This document shows positions 37,580 through 50,885 of a DNA stretch of 64,000 bases, one piece after another (the stretch's first letter is position 1; each line of letters begins with the position of its first letter). This stretch comes from Squalus acanthias. Its lineage: Eukaryota. The DNA is taken from assembly GCA_030390025.1 (NCBI GenBank), contig CM059431.1:109246001-109310000 (forward strand), read 5' to 3'. The translations under genes and the position numbers were made by a program. The notes under the pieces are model-generated. The model made no database searches and was not told the origin of the DNA. It saw only the letters and a program-made list of their open reading frames with translations.

Positions 37580-37981
37580 ATATCTCAAAAAGACAGAGAA
37601 GGCTGTTCCTTTAAAACTGAAACTTGTATCTCAATCGTTCTACACGTAGAATACATTCTTCAACCCTTTGGTAACTCTTCAGTAGATAAAGGTTTTCCTG
37701 CAATACTTGTGACTTCGTGACTTGATAACACATTGAATCAAGTAGTCAGTAAGCCCAGTGTTTTAAAGACAGTGTTTTATTATGTTTTGAGTAGAAAATG
37801 TGCTGCCAGATTCCCACTAGATGCAATATTTATCCAACAGGCAGATGGACTCGCTTGTTTATTATTCAGTACACATCCTCTATTTAAATGAAATTGTCAA
37901 AAAGAAACTTTTATTGCAGGATTCAGGGTGGATTTATTTTCCACTGGCAGGATAGTTTAAATGGACTCATCTCGCAGCCAT

Positions 37982-38898
37982 GGAACATGCATGCTATGAC
38001 ACGTGCATACTATGACATGTGCATGCTATGACACATGCATGCTATGACACGTGCATACTATGACATGTGCATGCTATGATACATGCATGCTATGGAACTT
38101 GCATGCTATGACACATGCATGCTATGATATATGCATACTATGGCACTTACATGCTATGACGCATGCATGCTATGACACATGCATGCTATGATACATGCAT
38201 ACTATGGCACTTACATGCTATGACACGTGCATACTATGGCACTTGCATGATGTGGCACATGCATGCTATGACATGTGCATACTATGACACATCCATGCTA
38301 TGACATGTGCATACTATGACACATGCATACTATGACACTTGCATGCTATGACACTTGCATACTATGACACTTGCATGCTATGGCACGTGCATGCTATGGC
38401 ACTTGCATGCTATGACACGTGCATGCTATGACACTTGCATGCTATGACACGTGCATGCTATGAAACTTGCATGCTATGGCACGTGCATGCTATGACACGT
38501 GCATGCTATGAAACTTGCATGCTATGGCACGTGCATGCTACGGCACGTGCATGCTATGACACATGCATACTATGGCACTTGCATACTATGGCACTTACAT
38601 GCTATGACACATGCATACTATGGCACTTGCATACTATGGCACTTACATGCTATGACACATGCATACTATGGCACTTGCATACTATGACACTTGCATGCTA
38701 TGGCACGTGCATGCTATGGCACTTGCATGCTATGGCACTTGCATACTATGACACTTGCATGCTATGACACGTGCATGCTATGACACTTGCATGCTATGGC
38801 ACGTGCATGCTATGGCACTTGCATGCTATGGCACTTGCATGCTATGACACATGCATACTATGGGACATGCATACTATGACACGTGCATGCTATGGTAC
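37982..38898. repeat. 16-bp tandem minisatellite, consensus TGCATRCTATGRCAC(T/G/A), ~57 units
   Basis: Directly visible 16-bp periodicity. Confidence 0.95.
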
Positions 38899-39079
38899 AT
38901 GACGACATGACAATAGCACGCAAGTGATGACGGCGCAGTCGCAGCGAGTGAGCACTGCTCATGTCAGAGTTTTCAGCGCCCCAGTCCTCCCCAGCAAGCC
39001 CACAGCTGTCTGTGGAAATCCTGCACAATATGCAGTGAACGATGGCAGGAAAACAAGAGATAGGGGAAGGAAAGAGATG

Positions 39080-39810
39080 AAAAGAGGTCAATTAATGAAA
39101 TGCTGATAAATGGAACATTGTTTGTAACGGTCGCATTCTTCTCTGTAAATGTAACACACCATGTCCCGTTGAACTGTCCCAGGCCTGCAGTAATTCATTT
39201 AGCCAGGAACCTACTTGTGAAAATGTATAGTTTATTGCCTGGAATGCGGGCTATAATGAGGCACGGACAGCGGCAACATTACACTTAATGATTTCATCTT
39301 GTGTTGCAGACAGACCCCCTGTTCTCTTGCTATTAATGTTTTCCCAGATCTCCTGTGGCAACAGTGTCAGCAGAGAGAGAGAGAAAAAAAACCCATCTGA
39401 AATTCAAATAAATGAGCAATGTCAATAGTTTAAAAGAGTTTACTTAAGAGAACAATGGAGCCTTATAAGGCGCAAGTGACAAGAAATGGGAAAAAAATGA
39501 CCCAGCACAATGTAGTCTCTTTCCTGGAGCAACTTCTTATCAAGCAGTCACCAGGTCCCCACGAATCTGCATTAAAATACATTTCAATTCCGTCCCCTCA
39601 TTTGCATTAATTTCTCCCATTATATTTGAAATCGCTGAATGTCTACCAGACACAATGCGGCAGCCTATCATACGCAGAGCGCTGCACCTGATGCCAATTT
39701 ATTCCACTCGGCTCCTTTCATTACATTTGCTGATTTTGACAACTGGTGTTCCTTTACTGTCCGGGGGACTTTTCAATTGGATTTGCTCGTGGTGACAAAA
39801 TAATTTTGCT
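39080..39810. promoter_or_regulatory. Candidate conserved non-coding element or enhancer
   Basis: TE-free, non-coding, dense in TAAT/ATTA. Octamer ATTTGCAT at 39600, SOX-like (A)ACAAT motifs. Composition-based inference only. Confidence 0.4.
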
Positions 39811-39989
39811 GAAGGGGTGTTGAGGGGGGTGGGGGGGGTAGTTTGTGACTGGGCGTCTATCAATCTGCCATGGGAAAACGAGAAGTGAATGATTCTCAGT
39901 GGATTCTCATTTCCACTATTTGTTCAACGTTAGGCCCACTTATCTCCAGAAGAGAAAGCAACATGTGGAGAGCGACTGACAAGCAGAAA

Positions 39990-39991
<2 letters not shown>

Positions 39992-40033
<42 letters not shown>

Positions 40034-40631
40034 ACACACACACACTCACGCACACACACACACACACACACACTCACACTCACACACACACTCACACTCA
40101 CACACACACACTCACTCACACACACACTCACACACACTCACACACACACACACACACACACTCACACACACACACACTCACACACACTCACACACACACA
40201 CACTCACACACACTCACACACACACAATCACACACACACTCACACACACACACACACACACTCACACACACACTCACACTCACACACACTCACACTCACA
40301 CACTCACACACACTCACACTCACACACACACACTCACACTCACACTCACACACACTCACACTCACACACACACACTCACACACACTCAAACACACACACA
40401 AACACACACACACTCACACACACACACTCACACACACTCACACACACACTCACACTCACACACACTCACACTCACACACTCACACACACTCACACACACA
40501 CTCACACTCACTCACACACACACACACACACTCACTCACACTCACACACTCACACACACTCACACACACACTCACACTCACTCACACACACACACACACT
40601 CACTCACACACACACACTCACACACACTCAC
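39992..40631. repeat. Compound (CA)n/(CACT)n microsatellite, ~640 bp
   Basis: Directly visible; produces the spurious HT-repeat ORF. Confidence 0.97.
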
Positions 40632-41001
40632 CCAGCCACACTGAGCCTGTATTCAAACAAGAGGGGCCCGATTATAACCAAAGCTCCGAAGCAGACTTCA
40701 GTCAATTATCTCTGCTAATCCTTATTGCTCTATAAAGTAAATATTTCATTACAATTTCAAATAAACATTCAGACAATCTAACGAAGCGGGGTGGGGAGGG
40801 GTGGGTGCTGAAAGGAGGAATGGAGGGGGAACTTGTTAGAGAAAAGAAGAGGGCGGCCAGCGGAGGGGAAAAGAAAAAGATTACAGCTCTGTCATCTTTT
40901 GTTGTTCAACTTTTGATTCCAAAGGAAAGTGGGCAGTATTTTGTTTTCTTTAGTATGTCATTGCTCTAAAGACGCATTATCACTTTAAATAAAACGCAAG
41001 C

Positions 41002-41022
41002 GAGAGAGAGAGAGAGAGAGAG
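41002..41022. repeat. (GA)n microsatellite
   Basis: About 10 GA units. Confidence 0.9.
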
Positions 41023-41669
41023 ATGATAGAAGGCACTCAGTTCTCCTTGACCATTAATCACGGCAGCTTGCGCGTCCTTCGTCCATTTGCCAAGGGCAGA
41101 AAGCGTGAGGAGGTGGCCGACTTTTTTTTTAAAGCGAGGAGGGAGAAGAGAAAGAGAGAAGGAACGAGGGGCTATAGATATGCTAAACCCATGAGATGCC
41201 ACAACAGATTCCTAATCAAGAGTGAAATTAACAGCTTTATGCACGGTTAGTCTGAATTATACATTTCCCAGACTCTGGGTGGTACAAAGAGCCACGAAAA
41301 GGAGATACTGGTGATAGAGCAGCCAAGAACGTTGAATATTTACTTCTTTAAAAGAAACCGTAGAAAGTTCTGAAGTCTAAAATGGTTCATTTTTGGTGGA
41401 CACTCCCTCAGTAATTTGCTTTTTCTGAAAGGAAAATACTGAACTTTGCTAACAGAGTCTGGCACTTTGGAATGTTTTTTGTTCTCGAGATTTCTATTTC
41501 TGAAAGTTTTTTTCCCCTGTGCAATTAATGCTCAACTTGCTGCTATGTAGCTCTTGTTCTCCATTTTTCCTGACTTTTTAGATCCCCTCTCCCAAATAAC
41601 ATGAATTATCTGTTGTTCAATTGGAGGTGCACAAGTACGGTTCCACAAATTGACTCGACCTCCAATTTT

Positions 41670-42527
41670 TTCCCTCCCTCCCTCCTCACACCCTCCCTCC
41701 TCCTCCCCTCCCTCCCTCCTCCCCTCTCACCCTCCCTCCTCCCCTCCCTCCCCCCTCACACCCTCCCTCCTCCCTCACACCCTCCCTCCTCCCCTCCCTC
41801 CCTCCTCACTCTCCTCCCTCCTCACTCTCCTCCCTCCTCCCCTCCCTCCCTCCTCACTCTCCTCCCTCCCTCCTCCCCTCCCTCCCTCCTCACTTTCCTC
41901 CCTCCCCTCCCTCCCTCCCCACTCTCCTCCCTCCCCTCCCTCCCTCCCTCCTCCCCTCCCTCCCTCCTCACTCTCCTCCCTCCTCACTCTCCTCCCTCCC
42001 CCTCACTACTCCGTCCTTTCCTCCCCCTCACACCCTCCCTCCTGCCCTCCCTCGCTCCTCACTCTCCTCCCTCCCCCCTCCCTCCCTCCTCACTCTCCTC
42101 CCTCCCCCCTCACTACTCCGTCCTTTCCTCCTCCTCACTCCCTTCCTTCCTCCCTCCCCTCTCCCCTCTCCCCTCCCTACCCTCTCCCCTCCCTCCTTCC
42201 CACTCCCCTCCCTCCCTCTCCCCTCCCTCCCTCTCCCCTCCCTCCTTCTCCCCTCCCTCCTTCCCTCTCCCCTCCCTCCTTCCCACTCCCCTCCCTCCCT
42301 CTCCCCTCCCCTCCCTCCCTCTCCCCTCCTTCTCTCTCCCCTCCCTCCCTCTCCCCTCCCTCCTTCCCTCTCCCCTCCCTCCTTCCCTCTCCCCTCCCTC
42401 CCCTCTCTCCTCCACCTCCCTCCCCCTCCCTGCTCCCCATCCCCCTCCCTCCTCCTTCCTCCTCCACTCCCTCCCTTCATCCCTCCTCTCCTCCCTTCGT
42501 CTCTCCCCTTCCTCCCCTCCCCTCCCC
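41670..42527. repeat. Polypyrimidine/polypurine low-complexity tract (CCT/CCCT/CCTCACT motifs), ~860 bp
   Basis: Almost purely C/T on the plus strand; produces spurious P/S/L-rich and G/R/E-rich ORFs. Confidence 0.95.
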
Positions 42528-43076
42528 ATTCTGAGGTCACTTGGTGGGGAACTATGATGGGGGAGAGGCCTGCGCCCTATCACTGTGAGTGTAATAAAGT
42601 GTGCACATACACTCCAGTGTAGGGCCAGACCCACTTTGAAAGTGGCCGAACGCAGACTCTGGGCTGCTTTTACACAGTGAACAAATGCAGAAACCGAAAC
42701 CATATTGCACTTGGGCACAATAGCTGTTGGATTACGGAACACAAATTCAAATAAAAGATGTGCACTGCTGCTTAATCTTATAGGATGACATAAATAGTTG
42801 ACTTAATGAAATCCCTTTTAAAAATATTCTCAGCTGGAGATGTAAAGGAACAAAAGAAAGGATTTTCCATGCTGTTTTTTAAGGTATTTATTTAGTTGTC
42901 CTCTCTCTCCTCCCCCAGCACTACACAGGGGGTGGAAATATGGCCTTTAATCCGCTATCTTTGATTGTCACTGCAGTACTGGGAGTACAGAGCAGACCTG
43001 GTTGATGTACCCTGTGGTTTTTCCCTTTGCCCCATATGAGATTGTACCTCACCTCCACTCCACAAATTGCCATACA

Positions 43077-43506
43077 GTGTCAGCTGTGGCTCAGTGGGTA
43101 GCACACTCGTCTCTGAGTCCGAAGGTTGTGGGTTCATAGTCCCACTCCAGGGACTTGAGCACATCAAGCTAGGCTGACACTCCAGTGCAGTACTGAGGGA
43201 GTGCTGCACTGTCAGAGGTGCCGTCTTTCTGATGAGACGTTAAACCCAGGCCCCGTCTGCTCTCTCAGGTGGACGTAAAAGATCCTACGGCACTATTTTG
43301 AAGAAGAGCAGGTTATCCCTGCTGTCCTGGCCAATATTTATCCCTCAACATAACAAAAAAACCAGATTATCTGGTCATTATTACATTGCTGTTTGTGGGA
43401 CCTTGCTGTGTGCAAATTGGCTGCCGCATTTCCCACATTACACCAGTGACTGCACTTCAAAAGTACTTCATTGATATCCGGTGGTTGTGAAAGGCGTTAT
43501 ATAAAT
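43077..43506 (+). mobile_element. DeuSINE, full length
   Basis: GTGTCAGCTGTGGCTCAG head through the AAAGGCGTTATATAAAT tail. Confidence 0.9.
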
Positions 43507-44248
43507 ATTCTTTATAAAGTGTGGCTAGGACTACGGCTCAACACGTGATGGAATTGGAAGTGCAGGCATTCGGCACCCCACCCCATTCTACAGCAGTGAT
43601 TTAGCACATAGATTCTCCATACGATTGAGTCTTGCCATACAGTAACAATTTTCTGCTAGCAGTTAAGCAAAAATGGGAACTATTAGCCACGTAAGATTTT
43701 TTTTAAATGGCGCATCCAGCAACAGACCCATTCAAAAATAATCCTGATCGCCACTTACACTTCAGCCTAACTCCATTCAGAATTGGATGGTATGGCCAGA
43801 TGGATTTAATGTTAGTGTTACATATCCTGTCAACTCCCTCATTGCTTCTCATACCACTTAGAAAAGCAATGAAGATTTGAATCAGGAGTCATATCACTGC
43901 TGCTCTTCTTCCCCCTCCCCCCCCCCCCATTTTCTCATCTTGCAGACCATAAATTTTTTTTGCAATTTTTCTTTTCATAACACGTGTCAGTGGTTTAGTG
44001 GCTGTCATAATCAGGCCTGTTCACACTCCCGCATTGGGAAGGAGTCTCACAGTGCAAGAGGCAGCGTGTGAAGCCTTTAAGCTGTCAGACAAACCACCAC
44101 AGACATTACATCCAGCTCGAGTCACTTCGCCACATGTTTCATTGATGTCACTAACGGAAAAAAAAATAGAGACCGTGACTCCCAAGAAGATTTCTACCAA
44201 TCTTCCTTTTCTTCTCAACTTGACCATTGCATTTGGGGCTGTCAGACC

Positions 44249-44634
44249 TAGGGTTGCCAAGCCTCCAGGATTGCCCTGGAGTCTCCAGGAATTAAAGGCT
44301 CATCTCCAGGACACCGCTTGGAGCAACCCAGGAGAAAAATCATAGGGCCATTAAAAAATGGTGGGATTTTTAACATTTTTTTTGAACACTTTCGTTTACT
44401 AGTTATAAGAACTAGGACGTGGGGAAAAATGGTTGTTTGACTGACAGGTCAAGAATCATCCAATCCGGTAATGAAGAGTCTATTCATTTTCCAATTGGCT
44501 GTGGGAAGGTGGTGCATCGTGAGGATGGACATGTTGGACGACCAATGGCGGGAGTGTGGGGGCTGGGCGATTGGAGGCAGGCAGTCATGTGATGATACAT
44601 CCAAGGATATGTCCAACCAGAGTTGGCAACCCTA
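44249..44634 (+). mobile_element. hAT MITE family B (TIR TAGGGTTGCCAA)
   Basis: TIRs TAGGGTTGCCAA and TTGGCAACCCTA, with an 8-bp TSD GTCAGACC/GTCTGAAC (6 of 8 match). Confidence 0.85.
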
Positions 44635-45419
44635 GTCTGAACTCAAGCTCATCATTGGAGTGAGATCACTTGTGGTGCTCTTCAGCCTTGTCCAAGGCTC
44701 TGTGTTAACGGATCAGGCAGTGAAGATCAGTAATTGGATGGGGACAAGAGCCAGCTTTGGGCAAAGAAAACATTCACCAAGGACTGGCAGCAATGAGTGG
44801 GAGCTTAAGAGGAAGAAGATTAGGGAGGGGTGGGGGGGAAACAGAACACTAAATAAAAGTAATTGATTTACAGAAATATTAAAAAAAGGATGTTGAAAAG
44901 GCCAAAGAGATCAGAAAAAAATAGGAAAAAAAGGCAATATTAAAGCTGAGACTGAAATTTTGGGTAAAATAGTAGACTGAACTGAAATCACATTTAGTAA
45001 ATGGTTGGTATTGTAGTTTGGTGAGTTTTTAGACCAACTTAAACAGCCACTGGATATCTAGAAATATACTGAGCAAGACTGGATCCCCGGAGAAGCCCAC
45101 ACAGTCTAAAACAAGAGGCCACCCCAACCCAATATCAGCCCAAAAATCTGTTTTAAAGGGAAGACTGCGAAACCGGTATGTCTCACACCCTAATGCCTGA
45201 GGACCATGATCTCCCATGAGTATGCGCTCGCTTGTACTTCTTGGTATTTCTCTTGCTTTTTCTCATTGACCTGATCAGTACTCAGTGACCCCTGCTGGAG
45301 AGTGCATCTGTGTAGACATTGGGCAAGGACAGAATAAGGTTCTCACGATCAACGAATTGGCACTTATGTCATTCCTATTATTCCTCTGTCACCCCGTCTT
45401 TCATGTGACATTTTAAACC

Positions 45420-45712
45420 AAGGCTTCTTCTGCCTATTCTGCTGGTTCAGGTGGACACTAACGATCCCATCATACAATTGAAAGGAGAGCTTGGAATTCT
45501 CCCAGTGTCCTGGTCATCATTCCTCCTTCAACCTGGACCTCTTAAAAAGAACAGATTAATTGGTGGTTTATCTCATTGCTGTTTGTGGGAGTTTGCTATG
45601 TCTGCTGTATTTGCCTACATAACAATCACAATGCAAAGTAATCCCATGTATGTGAAGCGCTTTGAGACATCTGAGAAAGATGTGATAGGCACTACGCAAA
45701 AGCAAGTCTTTT
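45420..45712 (+). mobile_element. Old diverged DeuSINE-related fragment
   Basis: TCAGGTGGAC..GATCCCAT..CCCAGTGTCCTGGTCA..CATTGCTGTTTGTGGGAG..GTGAAGCGCTTTGAGAC..GCAAGTCTTT. Confidence 0.65.
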
Positions 45713-45909
45713 ATTTTTAGAAGATTTCCAGTAGATAAATGTATTGTCCATCATAGAACTGAGCCACACAGACCAAATATGTAAAAAAAAATCAAACTAC
45801 TTCAGATGCTGAACAATCTCAAACATAAACAGGTCCTTCTTCCAAACTTGAACCAGGTTTGTGGCAAGTTACTGATCTCAATCAGTAATAAAAAACAAAG
45901 TAGACTATT

Positions 45910-46460
45910 AAGAACATAAGAACATAAGAAATAGGAGCAGGAGTCGGCCATTTGGCCCTTCAAGCCTGCTCCGCCATTCAATAAGATCATGGCTGATCTT
46001 CTACCTCATCTCCACTTTCCTGCCCGATCCTCATATCCCTTGATTCCCTTAATATTCAAAAATCTATCGATCTCTGTCTTGAATATACTCAATGACTGAG
46101 CCTCCACAGCCCTCTGGGGTAGAGAATTCCAAAGATTCACCACCCTCTGAGTGAAGAAATTTCTCCTCATCTCAGTCCTAAATGGCCAACCCCTTATTCT
46201 GAGACTGTGACCCCTGGTTCTAGACTCTCCAGCCAGGGGAAACATCCTTCCTGCATCCACCCTGTCAAGTCCTGTAAGAATTTTGTATGTTTCAATGAGA
46301 TCACCTCTCATTCTTCTAAACTCTACAGAATATAGGCCTAGTCTACTCAATCTCTCCTCACAGGACAATCCACTCATCCCAGGAATCAGTCTGGTGAACC
46401 TTCGTTGCACTCCCTCTATGGCAAGTATATCCTTCCTTAGGTAAGGAGATCAAAACTGTC
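45910..46460 (-). mobile_element. CR1 LINE 3' fragment
   Basis: ORF QRRFTRLIPGMSGLSCEERLSRLGLYSVEFRRMRGDLIETYKIL...FTQRVVNLWNSLP, with a (TTCTTATG)n tail. Confidence 0.92.
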
Positions 46461-46496
46461 TCACCAGGACCCTATTAGTTTTTGTGTGGGTATGGG

Positions 46497-46766
46497 TAGG
46501 GTTACCAACTCTGGTTGACCATATTCCTAGAGTTTTATCACATGACCTTCCACCGTCAACCATCCCACCCAGTCAACCTACCTTTGTTCCCATTTCCACT
46601 ATTTTTATAAGGAATAAATGAAAGTGTTCAAAGAAAATGAGAAAAACACACAATTATTTTTTAATGCCCCGATGATTTTTCTCCTGGGTTGCTCACAGCA
46701 GTGTCCTGGAAATTAATCTTCAATTCCTAGAGACTCCAGGGCAATCCTGGAGGGTTGGCAACCCTA
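46497..46766 (-). mobile_element. hAT MITE family B, inverted and internally deleted copy
   Basis: TIRs TAGGGTTACCAA and TTGGCAACCCTA. Reverse-complement homology to 44249-44634. Confidence 0.8.
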
Positions 46767-47029
46767 ATATAGGGAGACAACATGTTCCTTTCCGATTTGA
46801 TTGTAGAAAGATCCCAATTCCTTCACTCAACAGAAAGCTGCTCTCCCACCATTCTGAATTTGGCAGCACACAAGAAACCCTCAGGGCTATACCTTCTGAA
46901 GCTTTCAAGTGTCTGCTGTATCCCACCAATTGTCAAATGCTCTTTAATGCTTTTAAAATACATGCCACACACCTTGTCCATTTTAGCATGATATTCCAGA
47001 AATCTGTTACAGAGCCAGAATTATAAAAC

Positions 47030-47440
47030 ATATTGTGTAGATTGGGTCTATACTCTCTGGAGTTTAGAAGAAAGAGATGTGATCTCATTGAAACATATAA
47101 GATTCTGAGAGGGCTTGACAGGGTAGATGCTGAGAAGTTGTTTCCCCTGGCTGGAGAGTCTAGAACTAGGGGGCATAGTCTCAGGTTAAGGGGTCGGCCA
47201 TTAAGACTGAGATGAGGAGGAATTTCTTCACTCAGAGGGCTGTGGAAGCTGAGTCATTGAGTATATTCAAGGCTGAGATAGATAGATTTTTGGACTCTAG
47301 AGGAATCAAGGGATATGGGGATCGGGCAAGAAAGTGGAGTTGAGGTCGTAGATTAGCCATGATCTTATTGAATGGCGGAACAGGCTCGAAGGGCTGTATG
47401 GCCTACTCCTGCTCCTAATTCTTATGTTCTTATGTTCTTA
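47030..47440 (+). mobile_element. CR1 LINE 3' fragment
   Basis: RLGLYSLEFRRKRCDLIETYKILRGLDRVDAEKLFPLAGESRTRGHSL, with a (TTCTTATG)n tail. Confidence 0.92.
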
Positions 47441-49247
47441 TTTCAATTTGCCATATTCACTGAATAAAGCATTTTGTTGTAGCCCAGCAAGGATTAAGGA
47501 GCAGTGGCTTGCCATCAGTTTACAGCACATTTTATGTGCCATTGCATTGTCTTGTGTTGCCTTGCTCCCCTGTTGCTTATTGACAAAAAACTAAAGATTA
47601 ATTTAATCTCACCCAAGCCCTACAGCACTGACAAAGCTGAGTTTGCAAAATACGGTCTTTTTAGTTATATCTGAAAACATGCTCCGGTGCACTAAAGTGT
47701 AAATAATATTTAACATTTAATTAGTTCGCAATACAAAGGGCTGTTTACAGTCAAAACTCCTTACATGCTTCTTCCCAGCACCCCTCACCCCGCCCAAAAC
47801 AAGAAACATGTTTGTTATTTATAGCCCAGAGATGTGAGAAATGAGTTTTGGGAATTTATCACACATGAAGGCATGGAATGTTTTTGCTTGTACTCCCCTC
47901 TTGGATCTATAAACCATTTTCTCAGCCACCCAAGTGAATTCTAATGGAACAGGCGTGATGAAATAATGTTTTTCTAGGCCTTTTAACACTTTGCCTACTG
48001 TGCGCAGATTGAAAGATCCTTCTCCAATCCATGCTGCTGCTCCATTTTTTTTCCTGTCAGGCACGTGACGAAAGAGTGGGCTAAAAGTCAAGGGTAAGGA
48101 ATTTCTGACTAACGCCTTTATGGAAAAACAATTGACCTTAATTACCACGTGTTCAGTTATGGTTCTCTCATGGTGCTTCTGCAAAGGGGTAGGGCACTGG
48201 GGCTAACTGGAATTTCTGACTGGCAAGCCCTAAAATTATGGCATTCAAACAAGAGACGGTTTGGAGCATCAAAATACGGCCTTGAGCCTGCAAACGGACC
48301 GCAGGTATTTTTAGTGCATTTTTGGACCGTTCAATAGGGGCAATCTTTGGGGAAGCTGCTTTCCTGTGATCTTTGCCCCATTTAATGTTCTTCAGAAACA
48401 ACTTCTATCCTTTATTGTCAAGCTATTACTGTTTCCATCATCTATGATGCACCAAGCCTAAACTAACCACTGTCCACAGCCAGGCATTTTGTTGGCCATT
48501 AAGCCTGGCACTGCCCCCTTTTAAGTCAGGACAGGCCCTTCTATCAAGAAGGCAAAAAATTATGCTGGGAGTTATCGTTACCATGGTGATGCATTGTAAA
48601 TTATTACATATTGTTTGGCATTCTGCATGTGACAAACATACATTGTCAGGAAACCCCGCATATTCGCTGCTAACCTTTCAAGTGTTATTCATACATCACT
48701 TGTTGTCTTTAAACAACTGCCGCTGAAGCTGCTTTACATTGACGCTCGTTATCTCATATTTTGCAGTTTGCAAAGGCCTCTTCTGTTCAGCTTTTTAAGG
48801 CTCCCTGGCCCCATTGCACTGTTTTGTCAGAACCTTTCCTGAAGTACAATTTATGGCTGTAGTACAATACACTTGACACTGCCACAGAAATGAAAGCTAA
48901 TCGGTTTCTATGGCGACCTTAACCAATCATGTCGCTGCCAGTACCTCAAAGCACTTCAGGCTCCACAGCCCTTGTAAATACATCTTAACTGCGTAAGCTT
49001 AGTGCAACATGTGTGACCACAAAGTAAAGATGGGCTTAAGCCTGCTGTTCACTCCGGTGAGGTGGTAATAATGAAGAGCTTGAGGTTCTATGTTGTACAT
49101 GCAAGTCATCAAAATACATATTATAGCATAACAGAGAGATTACTTTCACCAAGTATGCAATCACTGGCTTTGGAAGTCTGAACCAAATAGTACCGTGGTT
49201 TTTCATTGGATCAATGCCTGTGATCTATTAGGATTATGGATTTATAG

Positions 49248-49568
49248 AAAGAAAGAAAGACTTGCATTTATATAGCGCCTTTCACGACCACCGGATGTCT
49301 CAAAGCGCTTTACAGCCAGTGAAGTACATTTTGAAGTGGAGTCACTGTTGTAATGTGGGAAACACAGCAGCCAATTTGCGCACAGCAAGCTCTCACAAAC
49401 AGCAATGTGATAATGACCAGATAATCTGTTTTTGTTTTGTTGGTTGAGGGATAAATATTGGCCAGGACACTGGGGATAACTCCCCTGCTTTTCTTCGAAA
49501 TAGTGCCGTGGGATCTTTTACGTCCATCCGAGAGAGCAGACGTCTATTAACGTCTCATCCGAAAGACG
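49248..49568 (-). mobile_element. DeuSINE, 5'-truncated
   Basis: Tail and Deu domain match the other copies. Confidence 0.88.
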
Positions 49569-50497
49569 GTTATGATTAAGATGCATACGTCATGCTAATG
49601 TCGCTATTCTAATGGACCTTTCTTGTCTCAAAGATTGGGACGATCTGTGCAACCGACCCAGCCCCAATCTCCTCCTCCCCTTCCTACCTCCGATCTCCCA
49701 GCTCCTACCGAACCCTATCTCTGACCTATTACACTGTAGCTTCTCTGCTACAAACCACGCCCCCCCCCCACCCCGCCGCCCCCGACCATCATCATACTCA
49801 TCTTCTCCGCAATACCCACTTCCTGTTCCCCAGTTAAAGTGCAAAGTGCTGTGCGAAGGATTGGTGTTATTCCTGATGCACTGCTCCAACTAATGGGTGT
49901 TCCCTGCTCACCTGCTGCTTCCCTTCCTCATAGACTGACTGCGTATTCATTTTCTTTTTGAAACATCTACAGTAATTTGGAAATGTTTAAAGCATGCTGG
50001 TTTTTTTAAGCTGAGTTTCATTCAGCGCAGTTACGCACCAGTAGAGACACATTTCGATAAACGCCTTTTTTTTTGGAGTGTTTTTTTAAATTACGAGGCT
50101 GGATAATGAAACCACGTCTCAGCATAAAAACACCATCAGCGCTCAGCAAGTACAACACCATTCAGATGAGTCACAGAGCTGCACTGGCATCGGGCAGTCA
50201 ATCTGCAGTCCAATGAACGAAAGAGTGTGGCTTATCATATCTGTGCCATTTCCACAACTGACAAGTTTACTTGAGTCACAGTATACACTCAAGTAAAAAG
50301 TATCAGATCACGACCATCCAACAATTTGTTTGTTTGTTCCATTGTTTAAATAAAATTCAAAAAGGTGCAAAAAGAAACTAAAATTCCGAATTTCTTAAAG
50401 AGACCACATGTGTACAATTGATGAGAAGTTGGAGTAGGATTTACAGTTTGTACATGGGAACACTCGCGTTACTCTGTACTGCTTCAGAATTAACCAG

Positions 50498-50885
50498 ACA
50501 AAAGTCTAGGCTGACACTCCAGTGCAGTGCTGAGGGAGTGCTGCACTGTCGGAGGTGCCGTCTTGTGGATGAGACATTAAACCGAGGCCCCGTCTGCTCT
50601 CTCAGGTGGACGTAAAAGATCCCATGGCACTAATTCGAAGAAGAGCAAGGGGAGTTATCCCCAGTGTCCTGGCCAATATTTATCCCTCAATCAACATCTA
50701 AAACAGATTATTTGGTCATTATCACATTTCTGTTTGTGGGAGCTTGCTGTGCGCAATTTGGCTGCCGCATTTTCTACATTACAACAGTGACAACACTTCA
50801 AAAAGTATTTCATTGGCTGTAAGGCGCTTTGGGACGTCCGGTGGTCGTGAAAGGCGCTATAGAAATGCAAGTCTTCCTTTCTTTC
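50498..50885 (+). mobile_element. DeuSINE lacking the tRNA head
   Basis: From CTAGGCTGACACTCCAG through the tail. Confidence 0.88.

Noticed and set aside
38435..38767. Cys/His-rich repeat ORFs resembling zinc-binding repeats
   Set aside because: Product of the 16-bp minisatellite, with stops recurring in phase.
39870..40718. 282-aa His/Thr-rich ORF
   Set aside because: Translation of a (CA)n microsatellite.
41601..42742. Pro/Ser/Leu-rich and Gly/Arg/Glu-rich ORFs
   Set aside because: Translation of a low-complexity CT tract.
43085..43150. tRNA-like sequence with A and B boxes (also at the other SINE heads)
   Set aside because: It is the 5' head of the DeuSINE and continues directly into the SINE body; not a stand-alone tRNA gene.
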